A stretch of DNA of 32,000 nucleotides from Candidatus Nanoarchaeia archaeon (GTDB taxonomy: Archaea > Nanobdellota > Nanobdellia > Woesearchaeales > JANQNC01): assembly GCA_028279745.1 (NCBI GenBank), contig JANQNC010000001.1, positions 210,001 through 242,000 on the forward strand, read 5' to 3'. The position numbers and the translations under genes were made by a program. Shown one piece after another: positions 1 to 8,583 of this stretch. Under the pieces are notes generated by a model. The model had not been told where the DNA came from and did no database searches. It worked only from the letters and a program-made list of their open reading frames with translations. How positions within the stretch are numbered: position 1 is the first letter of the stretch; each line of letters starts with the position of its first letter.

Positions 1-1594
1 TAAACTTTTCAAATCCTTCACTTCCTCCTGAAGCTAACACAACATCATAACCCACCGTCTCAAGGTAATCTTTAGCCAGGTCTCTTATAAACTCTTCATC
101 ATCAACAAAAAGGATTGTGCCTTTGCCTGATCTTGCTTCAACAACATTTTCTAGTTTAGGCTTTTCTCTTTCAACTGCAGGAAAATATATATCAAAAGTT
201 GATCCCACACACATATAAGTAGTTACATCTATGTACCCCTTATGGTTTTCAACAATCCCCCAAACATTAGAAAGACCCAGTCCTGTGCCTTTCATGCTGT
301 CCATATCTTTAGTGGTGAATAAAGGATCAAAAATCTTTTTTAGATTTGTGTCAGATATGCCCGTTCCACTATCAGCAATAGACAACATAACATATTCACC
401 TTCAGGAATCTTATGATACTTTGTGACCATCGTTCTTCTAAGAGTCTTATCTTTAACATTCACCCATATCTTTCCTCCTTCAGGCATAGCATCTCTCGCG
501 TTTATTGCAATGTTTTGAATAACCTGCAACATCTGGGTGCTATCAGCATAAATATTCTTGGTAGAATCAAGACTGCTCTCAATCTCATAGTTTACAGTGG
601 ATGAAAAACCTTTTTTAGTTACGTCTATAGCTTCTTTAGTTATAGTATTCAAGTTTATGTTCTGAGGGTTATACTTTCCTTTTCTTGCAAAACCTAAAAT
701 CTTCCCCACAAGATCTTTGGCCCTACCCACACTTTGAAGAATATTTCCTGCCTGCTTTTCACACGATTCGGCAGAGAATCCGGTTTTAGTCTTGCCCCAG
801 ATCTGCATACGAATCAGATCTGCATAACCTGATATTGATGCTAACATGTTATTGAAATCATGAGCTATGCCCCCCGCCAAGTACCCTATAGATTCCATCT
901 TTTGAGCTTGAATGATCTGCTCTTGAAGACTTGCATTCTCTTCTTCCCTATGCCTTCTATCAATTGCAAGAGCGATATTGTTAGCTAAGATCTCATCTAC
1001 CAATGCTACCTCGCTTTTGTTAAATGAATTATATTTCTTCTTTGAGATAAGCAAAGCACCGATCCTCTCCTTCTTATGATTAAACAAAGGAGAGAGAAGC
1101 ATCTCACCAAACAAGTTTCCTGACATATACTTTAACAGAGGCTTCAAGAATCTTGAAGGAACATCCTTTTCTTGTAAGATCAGGTCAGATAAAACCTCAT
1201 CTGTTATTCTTGTTGACCTGTCCAAACTGTAAAATATGTCCGCTGCTTTCTTATTCTCATTAAAATCAAACTTGACAGATTTCATCGCAGTCTTTATCAA
1301 GTTTGGCCAAGGTGTTGAAGCTGCCTTAACATATAAACAATTTTCATCTTTGTCTAATATTCCTATGTTAGAACCATACAGATTAAGTCCTTTTAGAATT
1401 ATTTCTGCAACATCATCTAAATTTGTTTCTGGAGTATTAAGTGCTATTGAGACATCACTAGCAATCTTAAAATAACCGACCTTGCTCTGAAGCGCTTCTA
1501 TCTCTAGATTGATCTTATCCCTATTCTGATCTATCAAGAATTTTTTTACATCTTCTGGAACGTCTTCACGCTTCAGTATGTCGTCTAGTTCCAT
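1..1594 (-). CDS. hybrid sensor histidine kinase (N-terminal sensor region, possibly GAF-like; HisKA, HATPase_c, C-terminal receiver); 3' end cut by window edge
   Basis: Minus-strand frame reads through from the ATG at 1594-1592 to position 2 in the segments I translated. It is absent from the ORF track because it has no stop in the window. My translation gives MELDDILKREDVPEDVKKF at the N-terminus, an H-box GGIAHDFNNMLASISGYADL near 830-890, and HATPase boxes DSGTGISD and GTGLGLS near 250-370. A receiver start, ILFVDDEEFIRDLAKDYLETVGYDVV, follows near 40-115. I checked that these blocks share one frame. Confidence 0.85.
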   Translation of the reverse strand, partial: MELDDILKREDVPEDVKKFLIDQNRDKINLEIEALQSKVGYFKIASDVSIALNTPETNLDDVAEIILKGLNLYGSNIGILDKDENCLYVKAASTPWPNLIKTAMKSVKFDFNENKKAADIFYSLDRSTRITDEVLSDLILQEKDVPSRFLKPLLKYMSGNLFGEMLLSPLFNHKKERIGALLISKKKYNSFNKSEVALVDEILANNIALAIDRRHREEENASLQEQIIQAQKMESIGYLAGGIAHDFNNMLASISGYADLIRMQIWGKTKTGFSAESCEKQAGNILQSVGRAKDLVGKILGFARKGKYNPQNINLNTITKEAIDVTKKGFSSTVNYEIESSLDSTKNIYADSTQMLQVIQNIAINARDAMPEGGKIWVNVKDKTLRRTMVTKYHKIPEGEYVMLSIADSGTGISDTNLKKIFDPLFTTKDMDSMKGTGLGLSNVWGIVENHKGYIDVTTYMCVGSTFDIYFPAVEREKPKLENVVEARSGKGTILFVDDEEFIRDLAKDYLETVGYDVVLASGGSEGFEKF

Positions 1595-1750
1595 GTCTGT
1601 TTACCCCCAAACTTGCATAGGTAGAATATTTGTTTCATTTATAAATGTTTGCGTAGTTTCACTACTTTTTAGAAGTGATGATATAGAAGTAAAGAATGAT
1701 CAAATTAGGTTAAAAAAAAATGAAAATATAAAGAAAAAGAAAAGAAGAAA

Positions 1751-4700
1751 CTATTTCTTCTTAGGTTTCCTAGACTTGCCTTTGTACTTAGCGACAATCC
1801 TGTCAATGTCTGCTCCTCGTTGCAAGGAAGACGACAAGAATGCCAGCACCAAAAGTGCTAAACCAGTCATAACCATCCAGAACGCGAAGCTTCCAGACAA
1901 CTGATCCCACATTGATTGTGGTTCGGGTGTTTGTGGTTCGGGTTTTTCAAGCTGCTCAACAATATCTTCAGGAATTACTTCTGTAGGTTGTTGTATCGCT
2001 GCACCTGAAGGCGTTGGTGATGTGCAAGATCTTGAAGTCTGAGGAGTTACGCCATTATAGCAAACTTTACCTATGTTCTCCAAAATCTTCTTAGTACAGC
2101 TTCTTGTTTGAGCACCATTTACACAAGTACTCCAACTGCCACACTCCCAATGTTCAGGCTTGTCTTCACACGCAGTTCCGACAGTAGGGTTATTACCACT
2201 GCCTCCACCGCCGCCCCCACCGCCAGAGGTTGGGCAACTTGCTTCAATTGTTATGTTGTGGTCAGTCTTGCTTGTTTCACTGTTTGGATTAATAGCATAA
2301 TCAGATGCTTTTACGATCAACCTAACAGGTGTTTCGTTTGTTGCTTCTGGCGTATAAGGCGCTTCTCTTAATCCGTTACCGTAGTGAGTCAATGTTAAAT
2401 TTTTCTTAGTGCCGCCAGCAATCTTTAGTTGAGCAGTAATTGAAGAACTGTTAACTCCTGCCCATGCATCAGTCACAAAGAATGTAATTATTGACTCTTT
2501 GTCAACACACATGTCCGGCACATTAATGTTGCTAATTTCAGGAGGTGTGTTGTCTATTATTGGGTCAACAGTTTCAGACACTTTATTACCTGCATTATCT
2601 GTTACATTAGCAGTAACATCATAATCTCCATCACTCATATTCAGATTATTTGGACCTGTCTTGAACTTAGCCCACCATAACTCCGAAGTCGAGTTATATT
2701 TTGCAGACTTAGTGTAAGGCACGCCTGTGTCTTTGTTTGTTAAAGTTACTTTAACTTTATTCACACCTGAATAAGTTCCATCTAACGCTGTTGAACTCAC
2801 AGGGTCTTCAGTATCAACATACACATACACTTTACCGCTGTGCGCTCCAGTATCAGGAACTATTGAGTGGACAATTGGTGCGGTGTCGTCTATACCTATT
2901 GCCATGTAGTCTGTCTGGTCATAGCTTCCAACAAACTCCTGTTCAACTTCAATCTCGAAAACACCTTCATCTCCCTCATCAATCAAAGCAGATAAGATGT
3001 CATCAGCGCACTTGCTTTCAGCGTTGTTTATCGTTAATCCTGACAGAAGTATTCTTCCAAGTGTTGGGTTCCTGTTACTCTGGTAGTAAACATCGCATGA
3101 CTGATCTGTCGGAGGAGTGTTTGCCCCAATCAAAGCGACAGTTCTTATCAAACCTGACTTGTGCCAGGATGTATAGTTATTGTCAGGACCATTTGAAGGA
3201 TTTGAAAGTTCATCTCCCCAATTCTTGGGCTTTTTCATGTCTAGTGTTGAGTTAGGAACTTTTTCTGCTAAATCAACAACTACTGTTGTGAATACTTGCG
3301 ACTCATGAGTGGATCCCCACTCCCTCAGCTTAAGAGTAAGGTTGTACTCTCCAGTCTGAGTAAATGTCACATAGTCTGTAAACCTGTGTGTCTCATTTGC
3401 ATCAAGATACTCACCAGTTCTTATCCACTGGTTGATTGTAGAATCTGAGGACCTTATCTTTACTGATGCAGTCGGCAATGTTTCATCAGTCCTAATTGTG
3501 TATGTGATAGGAACTGTAACATTTGGTTCGTGATATGTCTCAACTATTGATGTAAAGACAATGTCGTGGAATCCGTAGTATAGTTCGTCAATTGTGTCCC
3601 ACACACCTGAACCACCAATTGCACTCCATAACGCAGTTATGTTATTCCACTTATCAGCATCATCAAGGTAAAGGTTTCTTGCGGTAAGCAAGATCATATC
3701 ATCATATCCAAGCTCAGCCATAGTTTCTGCCCAGTTATCTTCTTGATCTCCATCATCACAGAACTGGTTATACAGGTATCCAAAATCTTCCCCTTTTGCT
3801 TCTTTCCAGACACACCATGCTTCTCTTGCATCATCCATAAACGCATCTCGTTCATCTCCAAATAATGCATCTTCAAGATATAACATCAGAATATTATCAA
3901 ATAAGTCACTAACCCCATAACCAAACATTAACTCAGTTCCGTTATAAAATCTAACAACAACATTATACTTATCAGGGTCTAATGAGCTGGTGTCTATCCC
4001 ACCAAAGTAAATGTTAGGATTAACAAATGGATTTGGAGGAACTGGCCCAATCACAAAAGAGCTCGCAGACACAACACTCCCCCCATCATTAACTAAGGTT
4101 ACATTTGCAGAAGTTGCACCGACAGGAGCTTCTCCCCAGACAAACAACACATCAGACAGTGGAGCATCCGGCCCCAGATATAACATGTTTAAGGTCGCAT
4201 GATTCATAACATTAACAATACCCTGTAAATCAACCAAGGTGTCATTTATCTCATCTACCCTCAATATTAATGTGTTTAATGTATTATTTGTGTCATTAAG
4301 TGCAGACTGCAATGCAGTAATATCACCAAACAAAGTTGTTACATTATTCTGCAGCCCATCAGTAATGTCAAATAGTTGTGAAACATTATACTGATTCTCA
4401 ACTGTCGCTTGAAGCAGATCGGAAACGTTCTGTTCAAGATCATCAACTCTAAGCTCAAGAGCGATTAGCTCAGTCTCAATGTTATCAACCTTAAAATCGT
4501 TAAATATTGCGCTAACATCAAAACCTTGCAAGTTATTCACAACTGTCAGAGGGGTTCCGTTATAGAATTTAACTTGAAGGTTATATGTTTCAGCAGGCCA
4601 ACCTGATACATCCACACCGAAGAAATAAGTGTTGTTGTTATCAATTAAGTCACCCACAGTGGTTGTGTATGTGAACATCACAGGAGAGGTATCACTCGTG

Positions 4701-4933
4701 TTACGCACTAAAAGTTTAGCATCAGTTGCACCTGGCAAACCAAATATGTCAGTAGGAGCATCTCCAAATACCCAAAGAGTATCCGTCTCTTCGTTAAGCT
4801 GCACATTAATTGTGCCATGATTCATATCAATAACTCCTTTGCCCGTTATTCCACCATCCTGATAAAGTGAGATTAAACCCACAAACAATAAAAGAAAACC
4901 TAATAATGCTACCATTCCTCTACGTTCATCCAT
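1751..4933 (-). CDS. giant exported surface protein (N-terminal signal/anchor, duplicated beta-rich module, coiled-coil, Ig-like-looking repeats, Gly run, Cys-rich module, C-terminal TM anchor with Lys tail)
   Basis: 1060-aa ORF. N-terminal hydrophobic segment MVALLGFLLLFVGLISL. Many N-x-S/T sequons. Internal duplication ending YNLQVKFYNGTPL and YNVVVRFYNGTEL. C-terminus is FAFWMVMTGLALLVLAFLSS followed by KYKGKSRKPKKK. Confidence 0.8.
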   Translation of the reverse strand: MDERRGMVALLGFLLLFVGLISLYQDGGITGKGVIDMNHGTINVQLNEETDTLWVFGDAPTDIFGLPGATDAKLLVRNTSDTSPVMFTYTTTVGDLIDNNNTYFFGVDVSGWPAETYNLQVKFYNGTPLTVVNNLQGFDVSAIFNDFKVDNIETELIALELRVDDLEQNVSDLLQATVENQYNVSQLFDITDGLQNNVTTLFGDITALQSALNDTNNTLNTLILRVDEINDTLVDLQGIVNVMNHATLNMLYLGPDAPLSDVLFVWGEAPVGATSANVTLVNDGGSVVSASSFVIGPVPPNPFVNPNIYFGGIDTSSLDPDKYNVVVRFYNGTELMFGYGVSDLFDNILMLYLEDALFGDERDAFMDDAREAWCVWKEAKGEDFGYLYNQFCDDGDQEDNWAETMAELGYDDMILLTARNLYLDDADKWNNITALWSAIGGSGVWDTIDELYYGFHDIVFTSIVETYHEPNVTVPITYTIRTDETLPTASVKIRSSDSTINQWIRTGEYLDANETHRFTDYVTFTQTGEYNLTLKLREWGSTHESQVFTTVVVDLAEKVPNSTLDMKKPKNWGDELSNPSNGPDNNYTSWHKSGLIRTVALIGANTPPTDQSCDVYYQSNRNPTLGRILLSGLTINNAESKCADDILSALIDEGDEGVFEIEVEQEFVGSYDQTDYMAIGIDDTAPIVHSIVPDTGAHSGKVYVYVDTEDPVSSTALDGTYSGVNKVKVTLTNKDTGVPYTKSAKYNSTSELWWAKFKTGPNNLNMSDGDYDVTANVTDNAGNKVSETVDPIIDNTPPEISNINVPDMCVDKESIITFFVTDAWAGVNSSSITAQLKIAGGTKKNLTLTHYGNGLREAPYTPEATNETPVRLIVKASDYAINPNSETSKTDHNITIEASCPTSGGGGGGGGSGNNPTVGTACEDKPEHWECGSWSTCVNGAQTRSCTKKILENIGKVCYNGVTPQTSRSCTSPTPSGAAIQQPTEVIPEDIVEQLEKPEPQTPEPQSMWDQLSGSFAFWMVMTGLALLVLAFLSSSLQRGADIDRIVAKYKGKSRKPKKK

Positions 4934-5092
4934 TTTTCGACCCCTCGAATTTTTTTCTGTCTTAATATTAATAATAAAAACAGTTTACCCTCTGTTCTTG
5001 GATTTTCTCTTTATAAAGCTTTTGCTTATCGGAAGGTTTAAATAAACCAAACCTCAGAAGAGAGATAAAATCACACGAGGTGATAACTAAAA

Positions 5093-5425
5093 ATGAAAAA
5101 AATAATTTTGATGGCTTTATCTGTATTGATCATGATGGGGCTAAGCGGAATTGTTTTAGCACAGCCAATATGTGTGCCTGAACCTTGTTTCTTCGGACCT
5201 GGAAATGGACTTGGACCCGTACAGGATTTTTGCCCTGAAGGCGGACCAGGATGTGTATGCACTTCACCAGAACCAAATAACCCTCAACCCGTTGAGTGGT
5301 ACTGCTCAGATGAAGAACCCGAACCAATCGATGGAGAAGTTCCAGAGATAAGCACGGTCGGAATTATTGCAGTAATTGCAATAGTGGGCGGCGGAGCTGC
5401 ATGGCTAGCTAAAAAGAAAAATTAA
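5093..5425 (+). CDS. small exported Cys-rich protein with C-terminal TM anchor
   Basis: SD GAGGTGAT lies upstream of the ATG. Signal peptide MKKIILMALSVLIMMGLSGIVLAQP, Cys/Pro-rich core, then EVPEIS + VGIIAVIAIVGGGAAWLA + KKKN. Confidence 0.7.
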   Translation: MKKIILMALSVLIMMGLSGIVLAQPICVPEPCFFGPGNGLGPVQDFCPEGGPGCVCTSPEPNNPQPVEWYCSDEEPEPIDGEVPEISTVGIIAVIAIVGGGAAWLAKKKN

Positions 5426-5449
5426 GTTTATTCTTTTTATTTAATTTTT

Positions 5450-6118
5450 TTATAAGAAATCTATTAAGAATCTAATCAACGCTCCAAAACCAAACAGTAT
5501 AAAGACTATAAGAAGGACTAAGATTATTATATCAAACACCCGGTTTCTTGCTTTCTTAAGTTTTCTCATCATCTTCTTTCTCTTTCTAAGAATCTCGTCA
5601 TACTTTGTCTTGACCCTAAACAATCTAATTGCAGTTCTTAAACCCTTTAACTTTTTAGTTCCAAGATGAATAGAAGGAATTTCATTTTTGTTAATTACAA
5701 GATAAACTGCTCCCGAGAAAACAATGTGGCCTGCGTGCGCTGCACTTTGAACTCTTGCTGCAGTGTTAACAGCATCACCATAAACATCACTTCCTTTGAT
5801 AACAACTTCACCGGTGTGAATGCCCACTCTGATCTTGATAGGATTCTTTTTTCTTCTATTGAATTTTCTGAAATCATTCTGAAGCTCAATACCACAAAGT
5901 AAAGCATTGGTGGGACTTTTGAATGTTATCAAGAAAGCATCGCCGATCTTTTTGATTACGTTACCTTCATACTTCTTAAAGTTAGGTAAAGAAAGTTCAT
6001 CAAACACCTCCTGAAGCTTATGAACATTTTCTCTTGTTAATTTGCTAGTTGTCTTGGTGTAGTCAACAATATCAATAAACATAACCGCTAATGTTTCAGA
6101 ATGCTTCTTTTCTGCCAT
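5450..6118 (-). CDS. class III adenylate cyclase catalytic domain with C-terminal TM tail anchor
   Basis: Metal-binding Asp motifs MFIDIVDYT and KKIGDAFLITF. VGIHTGEVV, then the Asn/Arg pair in GDAVNTAARVQS. The Lys (IKKIGD) and Asp (SDVYGD) positions fit ATP specificity. C-terminal basic stretch RKRKKMMRKLKKARNR is followed by the hydrophobic helix IIILVLLIVFILFGFGALI. Confidence 0.8.
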   Translation of the reverse strand: MAEKKHSETLAVMFIDIVDYTKTTSKLTRENVHKLQEVFDELSLPNFKKYEGNVIKKIGDAFLITFKSPTNALLCGIELQNDFRKFNRRKKNPIKIRVGIHTGEVVIKGSDVYGDAVNTAARVQSAAHAGHIVFSGAVYLVINKNEIPSIHLGTKKLKGLRTAIRLFRVKTKYDEILRKRKKMMRKLKKARNRVFDIIILVLLIVFILFGFGALIRFLIDFL

Positions 6119-6226
6119 AGTAGTGTTTAGAATAGCTTAGATGTATATAAAACTAATTAATGGTATAAAAACAAAAAATCACAGCTAAACAAAACATTAA
6201 TAAATAATGATTTTAGATGTTTGACT

Positions 6227-6763
6227 ATGATAATCACAATATCAGGAATACCTGGATCAGGAAAAGACACTGTTGGTAAAAAGATAGCCGACAAATTAGG
6301 TTACAAATTTTATTCGATGGGTGACTTATGGGGTGAGCTGGCTATCAAAAAAGGAATGAACGTGGATGAGCTCAATGATCTTGCAGAAAAAGAAGGCTGG
6401 GTGGATAAAGAGACTGACGATTACCAGAAAGAGCTTGGTGAAAAAGAAGATAACTTTGTGATAGTTGGAAGGACAAGTTTTCATTTTATTCCTAAATCAG
6501 TTAAAGTTTTCTTAGATGTTGATATCAAAGTGGGTGCAGAAAGGATAATGGGTGATGAAAGACCTGATGAAAAATATAACAATGTTGAAGAGGCTGTTGA
6601 GCATTTAAAACAACGAGAAGCATCAGACGTAAGAAGATACAAAAAGTATTATGACTTAGATATTCTTGATAAAGATCAATATGACATTTGTGTAGATACT
6701 TCAGAACTTACACCAGATGAAGTTGTTGAAAAAGTTCTAGAATGTATCAAGGAAAGTTCTTAG
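6227..6763 (+). CDS. cmk: archaeal-type cytidylate (CMP) kinase
   Basis: P-loop MIITISGIPGSGKDTVGKKIA. Overall pattern matches the archaeal Cytidylate_kin2 family (EASDVRRYKKYYDLDILDKDQYDICVDTS). The track start is TTG at 6221; the ATG at 6227 is preferred. Confidence 0.85.
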   Translation: MIITISGIPGSGKDTVGKKIADKLGYKFYSMGDLWGELAIKKGMNVDELNDLAEKEGWVDKETDDYQKELGEKEDNFVIVGRTSFHFIPKSVKVFLDVDIKVGAERIMGDERPDEKYNNVEEAVEHLKQREASDVRRYKKYYDLDILDKDQYDICVDTSELTPDEVVEKVLECIKESS

Positions 6764-7733
6764 GATTGTCAAAAGCTATGGATGTTGCAAACTGAAATAT
6801 AGGCGTATAGAAATGATAGTTTCTATGTTCTTTACCTTTTATTGCATCTGTCAGATACCTGCCCTTCTTGAAAATGTTACCTGATCTTCCGATCTCTCTT
6901 CGGTTGTAAGGAGTTTTGGAATGAGCGTCAGAATTTGTTAAAGTCTTGCCATAATCTTGGAACAAAAGTTTGTCACTTTCACTCATCCAGATACAGTTGG
7001 AAGAAACTCTATCAACAGAATCCACATTAGGAAATAAATGATCTTGGATATATTTTCTTTCGTTTTCATTTGCTAACCTGAATCTTAGAATTCCATTAGG
7101 GCCATGAGGATCCCATATAGTATAAGGGTGAGCACCAAATACGGTTGCGTTGTGATCATCGTTTATCTCAAGATATTCATGTAAGTTCAAACCATGAACA
7201 ATCTTCTTTTCAAAACCTTGTTCAGGCATCAAACTTACAATGTCAACTCTACCTTTCACGCCAGGAACATATACATACATTTCGTAAGCACCAACAAAAC
7301 TGAGCTTCTTGTCTTTGAAGGTTACAGAAAACATTTTACCTTTATCTTCAAATTGGAAAAAGTTTCCAACTTCTGAATTTTTTAGAGAATCTTTAATGGT
7401 CCAGTAATCATGTTCTCTTTGGTCTCCTTTACCATGTGTAGTTATTGCAAGAAGTTCAACATTATTATCATGCATTACTTTAAAAGTGTCAATAAGATCA
7501 TCAAATCCGGAAATGTAAGGATGCGCATGTAGATCTGCGATGTATTCATCCTTTGCTATCAAAGGCTGTCTTCTTGTTACAGCACTAAATCTAGGAACTG
7601 AGCCAGGTTCTGTATCAATCAAATATTTTAGGCTGTTAAAAACCTGTTTAGGCTTCAATAAGTAAAGGCTTTCGCCAATTTCCTTGATTTTCATGTATTT
7701 CTTTTTATACAGCTTATATATAAAGCTTTCCAT
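6747..7733 (-). CDS. putative PHP-like metal-dependent phosphoesterase
   Basis: His-rich motifs spaced as in PHP domains: ADLHAHPY, AITTHG, GAHPYT, NSDAHS. The assignment is tentative. Confidence 0.5.
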   Translation of the reverse strand: MESFIYKLYKKKYMKIKEIGESLYLLKPKQVFNSLKYLIDTEPGSVPRFSAVTRRQPLIAKDEYIADLHAHPYISGFDDLIDTFKVMHDNNVELLAITTHGKGDQREHDYWTIKDSLKNSEVGNFFQFEDKGKMFSVTFKDKKLSFVGAYEMYVYVPGVKGRVDIVSLMPEQGFEKKIVHGLNLHEYLEINDDHNATVFGAHPYTIWDPHGPNGILRFRLANENERKYIQDHLFPNVDSVDRVSSNCIWMSESDKLLFQDYGKTLTNSDAHSKTPYNRREIGRSGNIFKKGRYLTDAIKGKEHRNYHFYTPIFQFATSIAFDNPKNFP

Positions 7734-7752
7734 TATGTTACCACTCGTAAGT

Positions 7753-7781
7753 GGTTAAAAAACGAAAGGTTTATATAGTAG
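7753..7781 (+). promoter_or_regulatory. BRE/TATA promoter block conserved with the paralog promoter at 15694-15722
   Basis: GGTTAAAAAACGAAAGGTTTATATAGTAG here versus GGTTAAAAAACGAAAGATTTAAATAGTAG on the minus strand at 15694-15722. The TATA (TTTATATA) lies about 37 nt upstream of the SD-led ATG at 7815. Confidence 0.6.
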
Positions 7782-7814
7782 ATATGCATCAATACATTAT
7801 AAAGAGGTGATATA

Positions 7815-8078
7815 ATGAAACCCGACTACAATCCCAAAAAAACAGAACAAACAGGCAATTCTTTGGATCTAACACTTGAAATATTAAATAACGAAATAAG
7901 TTTTAAGGAAAATATAACTGATGATGCAATCCTAAATATGCGTATTGATCTAGGAGATAATAACACAGATGTATTTGAATTCCTAGAATCCAAGTCATGC
8001 GGACAAAAAGTTCCGATGCTAAATTCAGGTTACTTTGCATACCTAAGAAAAAGACAGGAAACTAAGAATTACAAATAA
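7815..8078 (+). CDS. small conserved hypothetical protein, paralog A (DVFEFLES..CG family)
   Basis: SD AGAGGTGAT, then 3 nt, then ATG. Clear protein similarity to 15390-15662: YNPK..., L.(L/I)E(I/L), (M/L)(R/K)I(D/E)LG, (T/Y)DVF(E/Q)FLES..CG, Y(F/L).YLR. Confidence 0.65.
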   Translation: MKPDYNPKKTEQTGNSLDLTLEILNNEISFKENITDDAILNMRIDLGDNNTDVFEFLESKSCGQKVPMLNSGYFAYLRKRQETKNYK

Positions 8079-8243
8079 AGATAAGATAGTTCTAAATAAT
8101 TTTTTATTTTTAACCCATTCCACCGATAGATTTAAATATCATTTAATCAAAAAATAGCAGATAAACTTGTTATAATAGTGGGGGATTTATGATAGATGCG
8201 ACAAATACGCAGAGCTATTTGATTATAACACACGGAGGAAAAA

Positions 8244-8498
8244 ATGAGCTATAAAGGAAAAAAGATAAATGAAGTTGCGGAAAAAGCACAGACTTTGTTA
8301 TACAGCCTTGACACCACGGAAGCACTACAGAATGGGACCCTTGGCAATGTAGACTATCATCTTCATATGATGGCAGTTACAAAAACCTGGGATGATATGA
8401 AAGAACATGCCCATGGAATAAATAGCGCACTAAAAAAAAGTCCAGAACTGGCATCAAAGTACCAAGAGTTAACTGATTTTGTAGAATACTTCAAGTAA
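8244..8498 (+). CDS. hypothetical protein (84 aa)
   Basis: SD ACGGAGGA upstream of the ATG and a T-rich tract downstream. No recognisable motif. Confidence 0.5.
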   Translation: MSYKGKKINEVAEKAQTLLYSLDTTEALQNGTLGNVDYHLHMMAVTKTWDDMKEHAHGINSALKKSPELASKYQELTDFVEYFK

Positions 8499-8583
8499 TA
8501 AAAACATTTAAATATTCAATTTTTTTCTTTATTTCTATAATTATTTTATCAGTAATATTAAGTTACTAAAGGAGGAATCATAA

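Noticed and set aside
231-1475. Plus-strand ORFs 231-416, 413-604 and 1236-1475
   Set aside because: They lie opposite the histidine-kinase frame, which reads through with HisKA, HATPase and REC motifs.
2201-2226. GC-rich CCACCGCC repeat tract
   Set aside because: It is simply the in-frame Gly run (GGGGGGGGS) of the surface protein, not a separate repeat element or CRISPR-like array.
2108-4820. Plus-strand ORFs inside the 1060-aa surface protein gene (2108-2371, 2791-3255, 4011-4202, 4629-4820) and the minus ORF 3694-3876
   Set aside because: They are embedded in a single long, coherent minus-strand ORF and lack SD sites or recognisable motifs.
8189-8254. 21-codon upstream ORF (MIDATNTQSYLIITHGGKNEL) overlapping the start of 8244-8498
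   Set aside because: It is short and has no distinctive leader-peptide feature such as runs of a regulatory amino acid. The SD-like GGGGGAT sits only 2 nt from the ATG. Not supportable from sequence alone.
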